Below are positions 17,829-27,498 of a DNA stretch of 64,000 bases, one piece after another. Position 1 is the stretch's first letter. Each line of letters opens with the position of its first letter. Source of the DNA: Agriterribacter sp. GTDB lineage: Bacteria > Bacteroidota > Bacteroidia > Chitinophagales > Chitinophagaceae. The notes below the pieces were generated by a model that was not told where the DNA came from, did not search any database, and saw only the letters and a program-made list of their open reading frames with translations. The stretch is from assembly GCA_037190905.1 (NCBI GenBank), contig JBBCKG010000019.1:16330-80329 (forward strand), read 5' to 3'. The position numbers and the translations under genes were made by a program.

Positions 17829-20800
17829 TTAGAAAGAAACATTCATCCCTACGCTGTACATTCTGGATACCGGGAAGCGTCCGCCGTCGATACCCAGGTT
17901 ACCTATCTCCGGATCAAAACCTGTGTACTTTGTAAACGTAAGCAGGTTCTCAGCGTTTACATATATTCGCACTCTCGTATCTTTCATTAAGCCCACCTTA
18001 GGCATTACTGATGTTGGAAGGGTGTAAGAGAGATGTACATTTTTAATGCGCATATAATCAGCCCTGTCTAAAAAGTAGTCGGAAACCTTAGAATAATTCC
18101 CATTGGGATCCTGCACCACCGCCAGGTTTGGAATATCTGAATCTGGATTATAGTTATAAGAGTTCAGTACATCCGTACTCATATTCCAACCTTTAGAACC
18201 GGTATAGGTCATGGCTTTGATGCCATTGAATGCCTTAGCCCCATACACGCCCTGCAGAAATACAGAGAGGCTGAAACCTCTCCAGTCTGCTCCCAGGTTA
18301 ACACCATAAAAGAAATCCGGCATATCGTAAGCTCCCATATACACCCTGTCTCCATCGTTAATGGTACCATCATCGTTGTGATCGATAAACTTCAGATCGC
18401 CTGGTCTTGCATTCGGTTGTATCTTACGTGTTTCTCCTGTAGTAGGGTCGGTCCAGGTGTATTCATCCACTTCCCTCTGGCTTCGAAAAATACCTTCTGA
18501 CTCAATAAGGAAGAATGAGTGCCAGGGCATCCCGGCTGTAGAGCGCAACGGATTCATAGAGTTGACACCCTCTCCGTGGGCTATAAAGTCGGTCATCCCT
18601 ATATTGATCACCTTATTACGGAAAGTTCCAATATTGCCGCCTATATTTACTCCTACTCCAGCTATACTTTTAGTATAGTTTACAGAAAACTCCCAGCCCT
18701 TATTTTCCACCTGTCCGATATTGAATTCCGGAGGAGAGGCAACGCCAGCCACAGAAGGCATTGGCATGGTTTCGATCAGATCGCGGGTTTTCTTCACAAA
18801 ATAGTCTGCTGTTACATTGAGCGAGTTGCTCAGTAGCGACACATCCATACCAATATTGATTTGCTCTGTTCTCTCCCATTTCAGATTTGGGTTCGGAATG
18901 GTAGGCTGAAAGATGCCGAAGGCCTGAGTTTCGCCATTCGTTCCCAGAAAAAGTGGCCAGGATGTAACCTGATAAGGCGGCGCATAGATAAAACGACGTA
19001 CAGAATTGATATTCCCCACCTGTCCCCAACTGGCTCGCAACTTCAACAGATCAATTTGTTCAACGGACTGCATGAAATTCTCGGAAGATATTTTCCAGGA
19101 TGCCGACACCGCCGGAAACACATCCGAGTTGTTCGTGGGACTTAATTTGGAAGAAGCATCCCGGCGGAGACTTGCTGATACAAAATACCTGTTATCGAAA
19201 GAATAAGAGGCGCGCCCCAGTACAGATACGAATGTTTCTTCCCATATATCTTCAGAAGGTCTTACAGCCGTCCAATCCGTTCCATTGTTAAAAATAGTTT
19301 GATAAGGGTCCTCTATATCGAAATTTCTCACCTCGGTGTTACTCCAGCGAGAGGCTCTCTTATTCATAAGAAATCCACCCATCGCCGACACATCATGCAC
19401 ACCGTTGAACACCTTGCTGTAGGACAATATATTATCCCAGTTCCAGCCGGTAGCCAGCGTGTTGCTGATGATCCGGTAATTCATATCTATGGTTCTGCCC
19501 GGCTCCAGAAAGCGCTGCTGGAAAGATTCATTCCGGTAACTGCCTGCATCTACAGAAAATTCAGAGCGGAAGCTAAGCCCAGGAAGTGGCTTTAACCGAA
19601 GAGATGTCTTAGAAAAAATCTTGTGACCGGGATTATGCTGCTTTACTTTTTCCAGCATGGCTACCGGGTTCCTCAGATCCGCCTCCACACTGAACCCTTC
19701 CGCCAGTGCCCATCGGGGAACGGTACCACTATATAAAAGATTTCCGTCTGCATCGGTTTCATACAATTCATTGAATCTGGGATAAGCCATAGCCCCAAAA
19801 ATTGTTCCGGTATGGCCATCACCTACGGCACTTTGCCCTTTACTATAATCGTATAAGATGTGTTGCCCTATCTCCAGCCAGGGTGCCAGCGCAAAATCTA
19901 CGTTTAGCCTACTGGTCAATTTTCTGTTATAGGTATTCCGCAAAGTACCTTCCACATCATCATAGCTTACAGATGCAAGGGTTTTAATGGCATCAGTACC
20001 GCCTCTTACTGTCACATCGTAGTGCTGCAGGCGTCCCGTCCGGAAAATTTCTTTTACCCAGTCTGTACGTGTTACATTTCCATAAGGGAATAGCGCAGGG
20101 TTGTATGTTTGCGGAACATTGGTACCTGCTTCCTCTGAAGCGTCTTTCCATACCTGATTAAACTGTTCTGCCGTAAGTACCTGGGGGAGTCTCCAGGCCT
20201 GCTGTGTGCCATTCCATGCGTTGGCCTCTACCATCAGCTTACCTGTTTTCGCCTGTTTGGTCGTAATCAGTACAACACCGCCAGAACCGGCAAAAGCGCC
20301 ATAAATAGCGGCGGAGGATGCATCTTTCAATACGGTGATGGTTTCAACATCAGCCGGATTATACGGGGCACCGGGCACACCATCAACCACCACCAACACT
20401 GCATCGCCTGCCTTATTACCTTTTCCCCGGATACTGATGGCGCCGGATGACGTAGGATCGCCACTTTGCGTAACGTTCACACCCGGCATTTGACCCTGAA
20501 TCATGTTGCCCAGAGACGCCGGACGGCCTTTGAAGTTATCGGTAACTTTCACAGTAGAAACAGCCCCCAACAGGTCCTGTCTCCGCATATTGGTATAGCC
20601 AATTACGACCACTTCGTCCTGCTGGGTGATAGAAGGCTCCAGTTTTATCACCAGGTTGGTTTCTGTTCCTGAAACGGTTATTTCACGCGTTGCCATGCCC
20701 ACAAAAGACACCACGAGTGTTTTAGAACTATTTTCCGGCACTTCAATAGTAAATGCACCCCTTTCATCTGATACTGCTGCCAGATTGGTGCCCTTTAACT

Positions 20801-21197
20801 GAATGGTAACTCCTTCCATTGGATTGTCGCCATCGTCTGTAACGGTACCACTTACACGTATGTCTGCCGCAGCTACTACCGTGGCCGATGAATACAAGGT
20901 AATGGCAGGTTTTTCTTTGATAACTATATTGTTACCTACAATCGAATAGGTGAGTGAATAGTTTTTCAAAACATGGTCGAGTACAGTTGTCACCGGAACA
21001 TCACGAAGATTGATCGTTACACGGGAAGTACCCGATAACAATGATTCATTGTAAAAAAATACAAAATCCGTTTGTTCCTTGATTTGATTGAACACCTGCT
21101 TTAGGGTAATACGTTTTCCATAGCAGCTTACGTTTTGGGCATGACCGGCCTGTAGTTGCAAACATCCGATCAGTAGAAAAAAAATGACAAATTTCAT
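17829..21197 (-). CDS. susC: SusC/RagA-type TonB-dependent receptor with an N-terminal STN signalling domain (trans-envelope signalling type)
   Basis: Signal peptide MKFVIFFLLIGCLQLQAGHAQ. STN-like ITLKQVFNQIKEQTDFVFFY. Carboxypeptidase-regulatory-like IRVSGTVTDDGDNPMEGVTIQLKG. Plug DEVVVIGYTN and a C-terminal barrel ending ...YSVGMNVSF. The start is set at ATG 21197. Confidence 0.9.
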   Translation of the reverse strand: MKFVIFFLLIGCLQLQAGHAQNVSCYGKRITLKQVFNQIKEQTDFVFFYNESLLSGTSRVTINLRDVPVTTVLDHVLKNYSLTYSIVGNNIVIKEKPAITLYSSATVVAAADIRVSGTVTDDGDNPMEGVTIQLKGTNLAAVSDERGAFTIEVPENSSKTLVVSFVGMATREITVSGTETNLVIKLEPSITQQDEVVVIGYTNMRRQDLLGAVSTVKVTDNFKGRPASLGNMIQGQMPGVNVTQSGDPTSSGAISIRGKGNKAGDAVLVVVDGVPGAPYNPADVETITVLKDASSAAIYGAFAGSGGVVLITTKQAKTGKLMVEANAWNGTQQAWRLPQVLTAEQFNQVWKDASEEAGTNVPQTYNPALFPYGNVTRTDWVKEIFRTGRLQHYDVTVRGGTDAIKTLASVSYDDVEGTLRNTYNRKLTSRLNVDFALAPWLEIGQHILYDYSKGQSAVGDGHTGTIFGAMAYPRFNELYETDADGNLLYSGTVPRWALAEGFSVEADLRNPVAMLEKVKQHNPGHKIFSKTSLRLKPLPGLSFRSEFSVDAGSYRNESFQQRFLEPGRTIDMNYRIISNTLATGWNWDNILSYSKVFNGVHDVSAMGGFLMNKRASRWSNTEVRNFDIEDPYQTIFNNGTDWTAVRPSEDIWEETFVSVLGRASYSFDNRYFVSASLRRDASSKLSPTNNSDVFPAVSASWKISSENFMQSVEQIDLLKLRASWGQVGNINSVRRFIYAPPYQVTSWPLFLGTNGETQAFGIFQPTIPNPNLKWERTEQINIGMDVSLLSNSLNVTADYFVKKTRDLIETMPMPSVAGVASPPEFNIGQVENKGWEFSVNYTKSIAGVGVNIGGNIGTFRNKVINIGMTDFIAHGEGVNSMNPLRSTAGMPWHSFFLIESEGIFRSQREVDEYTWTDPTTGETRKIQPNARPGDLKFIDHNDDGTINDGDRVYMGAYDMPDFFYGVNLGADWRGFSLSVFLQGVYGAKAFNGIKAMTYTGSKGWNMSTDVLNSYNYNPDSDIPNLAVVQDPNGNYSKVSDYFLDRADYMRIKNVHLSYTLPTSVMPKVGLMKDTRVRIYVNAENLLTFTKYTGFDPEIGNLGIDGGRFPVSRMYSVGMNVSF

Positions 21198-21393
21198 TTT
21201 CAGCAGTAATATTCGGGGAGAATTTGTCTGCAATACTTTTTTTGCAGCCCCACTGCCTTTACCTGATAGATACATAAATTTGCTGATTTTTGTTATTTAA
21301 TTTTGGTCGATTCGCCTGTGGCGATGCACGATTATCATCCGGTAAAACTTCCCGGGAAGCATTTCTGTTATCAGAATTTCATGTTAATAGATT

Positions 21394-22581
21394 TTAAGGT
21401 GAAACAATAATTCTGCCGTGTCTTTCCGCGTTATCGTAATCTATACTAAAGCGTATATTGCTTTCCTGAAGAATGAGCAGTACCTGTTCCAGGGGTGTAT
21501 CCCTGCTGATTTCACCTCCAAACTTCATCGAAGGTATTGTTCCCTCGTACACTACCTCCACATCGTACCACCGGGCTATCATGCGCATCATCGAATACAG
21601 ATAAGTATTATCGAAAGAAAAATATCCGTTTTTCCATGCAACAGCCTGCTCTGTGTTTACATCGGAACTAAGGCTTATTCTCCCATCCTCCTCTGCAAGT
21701 ACCTCTTGTCCGGGAACCAGCTTCGCCTCCCTATCACCCCTCGTTACCACCACTCCCCCCTCCAGAAGGGTAACTCTCCTGCGCGACTCATCTGCGTAGG
21801 TATTCATATTGAATATTGTTCCCGTTACCTTTACACTTAGGTCGTCGTTACTAACTATAAAGGGCTTTGCCTGATCTGTTTCTACTTCAAAATATACTTC
21901 TCCTGTTACACTAACTGACCTTATTGACTTTGTGAAAGCGAGCGGGTAGGTTATAGATGAAGCCGCATTCAGCCACACCTTCGATCCGTCAGGTAACTTA
22001 AGTTTAAACTGCCTTCCCCGTGGAGTTGTAACGGTATTGTAGGAGTCAACAGGTTGTGGGGCAGTATTTTCATATACCAGCATACCATCGCGCATTGCCA
22101 GCGTAGTGCCTGATTCCTCTATGACAGGGCCATCCATCACATTATCCAATACGATTTCCGTTCCATCGCTCAGGGTCAATACAGCGCCGTCACTGCCGGG
22201 TCCGATTGATGGCAGGGGTTGGGGAATCACAGCCGTAGGTTGCTGCCCGATATGCGTAAAAATGTAGATATAACCTACCGTGAATACTAATAAAACTGCG
22301 GCGGCTACTCCTATCCGTCTTTTTATATTCATTCTGGACGCCTGTGTATCGTGCGAGGGTGTTATCTTCCTTTTAAGTGCCAGAAATGTTTTATCGCTAT
22401 GGTCTTCATTGAAGACAGATGGCGAGCTTTCTCCTGATCTTATCCAGGCCTCGTCTATCAGTGCTTTCACCTCTAGCTCGTGATCGGAAGACAATATCTC
22501 TTCCCATTCAAGTTGTTCAGCACTTGTCAGTTCTCCGTTTAAATGCCTGTTAAGTAAATAACGCAGTCTTTGTAAATCCAT
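21394..22581 (-). CDS. FecR family anti-sigma factor / transmembrane sensor
   Basis: 395 aa. N-terminal anti-sigma helix region, a single TM helix (IGVAAAVLLVFTVGYIYIF) and a periplasmic FecR domain (GEVYFEV...). Confidence 0.85.
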   Translation of the reverse strand: MDLQRLRYLLNRHLNGELTSAEQLEWEEILSSDHELEVKALIDEAWIRSGESSPSVFNEDHSDKTFLALKRKITPSHDTQASRMNIKRRIGVAAAVLLVFTVGYIYIFTHIGQQPTAVIPQPLPSIGPGSDGAVLTLSDGTEIVLDNVMDGPVIEESGTTLAMRDGMLVYENTAPQPVDSYNTVTTPRGRQFKLKLPDGSKVWLNAASSITYPLAFTKSIRSVSVTGEVYFEVETDQAKPFIVSNDDLSVKVTGTIFNMNTYADESRRRVTLLEGGVVVTRGDREAKLVPGQEVLAEEDGRISLSSDVNTEQAVAWKNGYFSFDNTYLYSMMRMIARWYDVEVVYEGTIPSMKFGGEISRDTPLEQVLLILQESNIRFSIDYDNAERHGRIIVSP

Positions 22582-22620
22582 AATAGGGTCAGTAATACCC
22601 CTATATGACTAACGGATACC

Positions 22621-23214
22621 CTAAAAGAGGTAATGGAATTGAAAAGAAAAAACAAAAAAGTATACGACTCTATCTTTACTGATCATCAGATGGTTTCGAA
22701 TATTTCGCAATGCCAGTACAATGTGTTTTTTTACCGTTTCCAGCGAAATACCCATCTCTTTAGCTATGTTTAGATTGGAAAGTCCCGCGTCTCTGCTCAA
22801 CAGATAGGCTTTTCTCTGCTGGGCTGGCAGCAAGTTTATAGCTTCTTCTATAAGTTTCCTGTAATTGAATTCCTCTTCTGTTTCCTGAACAACAAACGAA
22901 TAGCTTCCTAATTGTTCTTTCTCACGAAGTTCCCGCCCCTGTTTCTTAAGATAACTGTATATGTGGTTACGGGCCATAGTGTATAAATAAGCACTGAAGT
23001 TGGAAACTGCCGGAAGCTTCCTACGGTTTGACCATAGCTTCAAGAAAATTTCCTGTATAAGATCCTCCGCTACAGGTTCTTGTTCTACCATGTAAGATAC
23101 AAATGCACTTATTCTGTGATGATGCAAACGAAACAGTTGCTCAAAAGCACCCTCGTTGCCATCCGCAAGCAATACAATCAACTCCTGTTCTGTATATCGT
23201 TTGTTGATATTCAC
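22621..23214 (-). CDS. ECF sigma-70 family sigma factor (FecI-like, paired with FecR)
   Basis: 197 aa. Region 2 AEDLIQEIFLKLW and region 4 HTH LSNLNIAKEMGISLETVKKHI. Sits immediately upstream of the fecR-like gene. Confidence 0.85.
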   Translation of the reverse strand: MNINKRYTEQELIVLLADGNEGAFEQLFRLHHHRISAFVSYMVEQEPVAEDLIQEIFLKLWSNRRKLPAVSNFSAYLYTMARNHIYSYLKKQGRELREKEQLGSYSFVVQETEEEFNYRKLIEEAINLLPAQQRKAYLLSRDAGLSNLNIAKEMGISLETVKKHIVLALRNIRNHLMISKDRVVYFFVFSFQFHYLF

Positions 23215-23308
23215 TTAGTCAGATTAGAAGTTTCTAATAATTTATTCAGGAAAGCAAATATTAAGTAAAAAATACAACTAAACAAAATAGATGTCAACCT
23301 CCCTCCAC

Positions 23309-24064
23309 TTACCCAAACTGCCCGTTGATATAGTTTTGCGTTAACTGGTGCCGGGGCTTTTGGAATAAGTCTTTGGTAGGTGCTTCTTCGATCACTTCAC
23401 CGAGGTACATAAATATCGTTTTATCGGCTACCCGTTGCGCCTGCTGCATATTATGGGTTACGATGATGATGGTGTACCGGTCTTTCAGTTTATGTATCAG
23501 TTCTTCTATTTTAAGCGTGCTGATGGGGTCGAGCGCCGAGCAGGGCTCGTCCATCAATATCACTTCCGGACGCAAGGCCACGGTGCGTGCAATGCACAAA
23601 CGCTGTTGCTGTCCGCCCGACAGGCGGGTGGCGGGTTTATGCAGTTCATCTTTTACTTCATCCCAGAGAAAGCTTTCTTTCAGCGCATTTTCTATGATCT
23701 CCGGGCGCTTTGAGGTGGCTACATCGTTGATCTTGAGTCCGTATTGAATATTATCGTAGATACTTTTCGGAAACGGATTGGCTTTTTGAAACACCATTCC
23801 GATTCGTTTACGGATCTGCGTTACTGAAATGTTTTTATCGTACAGATCCTGTGTTTCGAGTAGCAGCTTTCCCTCTATTTTAGCTTCGGGATTGAGATCG
23901 TGCATCCTGTTGAAGCTTCTCAGCAGGGTACTTTTACCGCAACCGGATGGTCCGATAAGTGCCGTCACCTGGTTTTCCGGAAACGATACATTGATGTTTT
24001 TCAATACGTGCTTGGAGCCAAACCAAAGATGCAGGTCGCGGGTACTTAATTTTTCTTTACTCAT
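23309..24064 (-). CDS. pstB: Phosphate ABC transporter ATP-binding protein
   Basis: Walker A GPSGCGKST, ABC signature LSGGQQQRLCIAR, Walker B ILMDEPCSALD and a PstB-typical N-terminus. Confidence 0.9.
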   Translation of the reverse strand: MSKEKLSTRDLHLWFGSKHVLKNINVSFPENQVTALIGPSGCGKSTLLRSFNRMHDLNPEAKIEGKLLLETQDLYDKNISVTQIRKRIGMVFQKANPFPKSIYDNIQYGLKINDVATSKRPEIIENALKESFLWDEVKDELHKPATRLSGGQQQRLCIARTVALRPEVILMDEPCSALDPISTLKIEELIHKLKDRYTIIIVTHNMQQAQRVADKTIFMYLGEVIEEAPTKDLFQKPRHQLTQNYINGQFG

Positions 24065-24902
24065 TATTGCTATGCTTATGCCGTATATAAAATGCCGTCA
24101 GGTTGAGCAGCAGTACTACCATCAGCAGTATCAAAGCTGTGCCATAGGCCAACGGACGCACCTGCTCTATGGCCTGGTGCTGTGTAGATAACATGTATAA
24201 ATGATATGGCAGGGCCATAAATTCCTGATTTAGATAACCGGTAGCTCCGCTGATGTAGAATGCAGCGCCGGTAAAAAGAATGGGCGCGGTTTCGCCGGCT
24301 GCCCTCGAGAGGGTAAGTACTACTCCGGTGAGTATACCGGGAAGTGCCATGGGCAATACCACATCGCGGATCGATTCGAACTGTGTGGCACCTACACCCA
24401 GGGCCGCTTCGCGCATACTGGCTGGTATGCGCCGCAGGGCTTCTTCTGTAGTGGTGATGATATAAGGAAGCGACAACAGCCCCAGCGTAAGTCCGGCTGA
24501 AATCATCGATGTTCCCAGATGCATGCCCTGCACAAACAGGGCGAGCCCGAAGAGTCCGTAAATAATGGAGGGAATGCCAGACAGGTTCCGTATAGAAGCA
24601 CGTATCAGCCGGGTGCCCCAGGTATCTTTTGCGTATTCATTCAGGTATATGGCGCAGCAGATGCCAAACGGCACCGCAAATATCGTAGTAATGAGTGTGA
24701 TCAGCACTGTACCGATGATCGCCGGCAATATGCCCCCCTGGGTCATCTGTTCTTTGGGACGGCTGCTGATAAACTCCCAGGAAAGCGCAGGCCATCCTTT
24801 TACCACTATATCGGTAATAATCACGCCCAGGAAAAAACAAACCGTTCCGGTGCAAAACAACAATACAAACCATTCCAGCAGTGCAGATAGTTTCTTTTTC
24901 AT
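24057..24902 (-). CDS. pstA: Phosphate ABC transporter permease
   Basis: 281 aa multi-pass permease with the EAA-like loop EEALRRIPASMREAALGVGAT. Overlaps pstB by 8 nt. Confidence 0.85.
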   Translation of the reverse strand: MKKKLSALLEWFVLLFCTGTVCFFLGVIITDIVVKGWPALSWEFISSRPKEQMTQGGILPAIIGTVLITLITTIFAVPFGICCAIYLNEYAKDTWGTRLIRASIRNLSGIPSIIYGLFGLALFVQGMHLGTSMISAGLTLGLLSLPYIITTTEEALRRIPASMREAALGVGATQFESIRDVVLPMALPGILTGVVLTLSRAAGETAPILFTGAAFYISGATGYLNQEFMALPYHLYMLSTQHQAIEQVRPLAYGTALILLMVVLLLNLTAFYIRHKHSNNE

Positions 24903-25792
24903 CAGGCGCTATGGTATTTTCTGAAACGGTTAACAAAATATTCGCCCGCGAGGTTGGCGACGAGCGTCATGATAAACAATACGGTGGCGATGGCAAACAG
25001 GGCAAAATAGTGGGTGGTCTGGTAAGGTACTTCCCCCATTTCTATAGCGATGGTAGCCGTGATGGTACGCACCGAATCAAAAAAACCTTTCGGAAAAGCA
25101 GATACATTCCCCGTTGCCATCAATACGGTCATGGTTTCGCCGATGGCCCTCCCTACACCCAGCATTACTGCGGCTATGATACCTGGTGCGGCTGCGGGTA
25201 TGGTAACGAACAACAAGGTTTGCCAACGGTTGGCCCCTACCCCATAGCTGGCTTCGCGATAGGTTTTCGGCACCGCCCGTATTGCATCTTCTGCCACGGT
25301 AATGATAGTAGGCAACGCCATAACAGCCAGCAAAATAGCGCCGTTGAAGGCATTCAATCCGTTGGGCTCACCCGTCATCCGCGCAATACCAGGACCTACA
25401 ATAACGATACCTAAAAAACCGATGGCTACAGACGGCACGGCTGCCAGCATTTCAATAGCCGGTTTTAAGAATTGCTTCAGCGATTTTCCGGCATATTCAG
25501 AAATAAAAGCTGCCGTACCAATTCCCAGCGGCACGGCAATCAGCATAGCGCCGAGGGTTACCAGCGATGTACTCACTATCAGAGGCAAAATACCATAGGA
25601 AGCTACGTTGCCCGAGGGGTTCCATTGTGTTCCGGTAATAAAATCCCAGGGGCTCACCCGCAGAAAAAAGGCAATGGTATTCCACAACAACATCAGGAAT
25701 ATACCTCCCAGTATCGCTATGACCATCCAACCGGTGGTTCGGAATAGCACGCTAAACATGCGGTCGTACTGCTCTCTTCTGTGTGTTTTCAT
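24902..25792 (-). CDS. pstC: Phosphate ABC transporter permease
   Basis: 296 aa permease with AEDAIRAVPKTYREASYGVGAN. Lies between pstS and pstA. Confidence 0.85.
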   Translation of the reverse strand: MKTHRREQYDRMFSVLFRTTGWMVIAILGGIFLMLLWNTIAFFLRVSPWDFITGTQWNPSGNVASYGILPLIVSTSLVTLGAMLIAVPLGIGTAAFISEYAGKSLKQFLKPAIEMLAAVPSVAIGFLGIVIVGPGIARMTGEPNGLNAFNGAILLAVMALPTIITVAEDAIRAVPKTYREASYGVGANRWQTLLFVTIPAAAPGIIAAVMLGVGRAIGETMTVLMATGNVSAFPKGFFDSVRTITATIAIEMGEVPYQTTHYFALFAIATVLFIMTLVANLAGEYFVNRFRKYHSA

Positions 25793-25802
25793 TCGTTGCG
25801 GG

Positions 25803-26627
25803 TTATTGAAGAATATAATAGCCTTCTTCTTCGATCAATGTCCGGCCTGCTGCACTGCTTTCAAACTGTAAAAAGTCCTGCACTTTTTCCCAGGATGAAG
25901 CGGGTACAAACTGATAAAGCGGCCGCTGAAAAAAGTAGCGGTTCGATAATATAGCTGTTCGGTCTAAAGGAGATATTGCCGGCGTATCGGCAGCAACGGC
26001 TATCTTCAGCACTTTTACACCCGGATTGCCCACCGATACATACCCTGCGCCTACATAACCAATTCCAGACACATCCTGTTTGATGCTTTCCATAATCTGA
26101 GCATTGCCGTTCATTTCTTTGGCATTGCGGCTGAATGCAACCTGTAGTTTTTTCCTTACAAACGAATGCGTACCGGAATTACTCTGTCTTCCGTATATGG
26201 TAACCGGCATTTCTTTTCCTGCAACCGGCGCCCAGGAACGGTATTCTCCGCTGATGACTTTGGCCAGTTCCGGTACGGTAATGCTATCGAGGGGAAAGCT
26301 TTCATGCACAATGAATGCCGTGGCATCTTCAGCGAAAGAAACGGTTTTAATGTCTATTCCTGCTTTCTCAAACATGTTTATTTCTTCATCGGTAAGGGGT
26401 CTGGAAGAGTTGGCGATATCTGCCTGTCCCTTTAAAATGGAGGCAATGCCCAATCCGGAACCTCCACCCGATACAGACAACACATACCCCGGCGCCACGT
26501 CATGAAAACGTTCGGCCAGATTCACAGCGAGATTCACTTCTGTATCGGAACCTTTGATCCTGATCACTTTATGCGGGTCGCCACAGGAGCAGCACAGCAC
26601 TAAAAAAACGACAAAAATACGTCTCAT
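25803..26627 (-). CDS. pstS: Phosphate-binding protein (PBP type 2)
   Basis: Lipoprotein-like signal MRRIFVVFLVLCCSCG, then IKGSDTEVNL and SGGGSGLGI blocks typical of PstS-family binding proteins. The start is set at ATG 26627. Confidence 0.8.
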   Translation of the reverse strand: MRRIFVVFLVLCCSCGDPHKVIRIKGSDTEVNLAVNLAERFHDVAPGYVLSVSGGGSGLGIASILKGQADIANSSRPLTDEEINMFEKAGIDIKTVSFAEDATAFIVHESFPLDSITVPELAKVISGEYRSWAPVAGKEMPVTIYGRQSNSGTHSFVRKKLQVAFSRNAKEMNGNAQIMESIKQDVSGIGYVGAGYVSVGNPGVKVLKIAVAADTPAISPLDRTAILSNRYFFQRPLYQFVPASSWEKVQDFLQFESSAAGRTLIEEEGYYILQ

Positions 26628-26863
26628 GGGCAGGCGGTTACATGGGTGCAATTTCGCTACCCAATGTTAACTCAATATGAAATCCGCTTTTTGATTTTAT
26701 AATTTTCGGCAGTGAGGAAGCCTAAAAGTGCTGCTATAATGATCACTGACCCCATTTTTTCTGTATTTTTTTCAACATCATGAGGCTGCCAGTGGCAACC
26801 TCATGATTCAGGAAGTGAAGGCATCACTTGCTGTATTGTACTAAAGGGAGCGAGCGTATGTGT

Positions 26864-27154
26864 CTACGTTGTTATGATGCTATTGGTGCTGCCGAATATA
26901 TTGGGGGTTTCGCTATCGGCTTCCGGCTCGTTGAGCCATTCTTCCCGGTTGATCAGGTATTTAAACTCCTGCCTCGAATCTTTAGGCAGGTTTATATCAA
27001 TGGAAAAACTACCGTCTTTCTTTTTCTTCATCGTTACGGCATTACTCCAGTCGCTGTTCAGGCCCAGTATCTCTACGGTTTCTGCAGTTTCCGGCTTTAT
27101 TGTGAATTTCACCTTGCAATAATCTTTGGTTTTAAAATAGGTTTTCTGTACCAT
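26864..27154 (-). CDS. Stand-alone early-set / CBM48-like (glycogen-binding, isoamylase N-terminal type) domain protein
   Basis: 96 aa from ATG 27154 (MVQKTYFKTKDYCKVKFTIKPETAETVEILGLNSDWSN...MKKKKDGSFSIDINLPKDSRQEFKYLIN). The pattern resembles AMPK-beta/isoamylase N-terminal carbohydrate-binding modules. The longer ORF-track N-terminus looks non-coding. Confidence 0.55.
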   Translation of the reverse strand: MVQKTYFKTKDYCKVKFTIKPETAETVEILGLNSDWSNAVTMKKKKDGSFSIDINLPKDSRQEFKYLINREEWLNEPEADSETPNIFGSTNSIITT

Positions 27155-27498
27155 GTTCTTCTTTTTATGTAATAAAATATAAGCTATCTCAACGGCATGG
27201 CAATCTGTACAAAGGGGAAAATTATCTTTACTAAAGGGCCTGACAGGCAAACCGGTTTTCGGTGGTACGGAGACTGGTGAAACTTACCATACAATGAAAA
27301 ACAAAGGTATTACAAAATCCGCAAATGTGAAAAACTATTGTGCTATTACACGGTATATATACACATGAGCCTCTTCCGACGCAAATCAGGACGCCGGTAA
27401 GAAAGCATGCCAATAACGCAGGGAGCAACCCGGTCCGGCTATCGGTAAGTGCTCACGATGAGCATTCCGCATATCGCCAGCAAAAGATTTCAACGCCT

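Noticed and set aside
21348-21359. A perfect 12-bp palindrome, CTTCCCGGGAAG, lies between fecR and susC. It could be read as an ECF -35-like GGAAG with TCGT 16 nt downstream on the minus strand.
   Set aside because: About 16 perfect 12-bp palindromes are expected by chance in 64 kb. The -35/-10 reading is a loose post hoc fit to a consensus that is not established for this sigma-factor group. There is not enough support to call a promoter.
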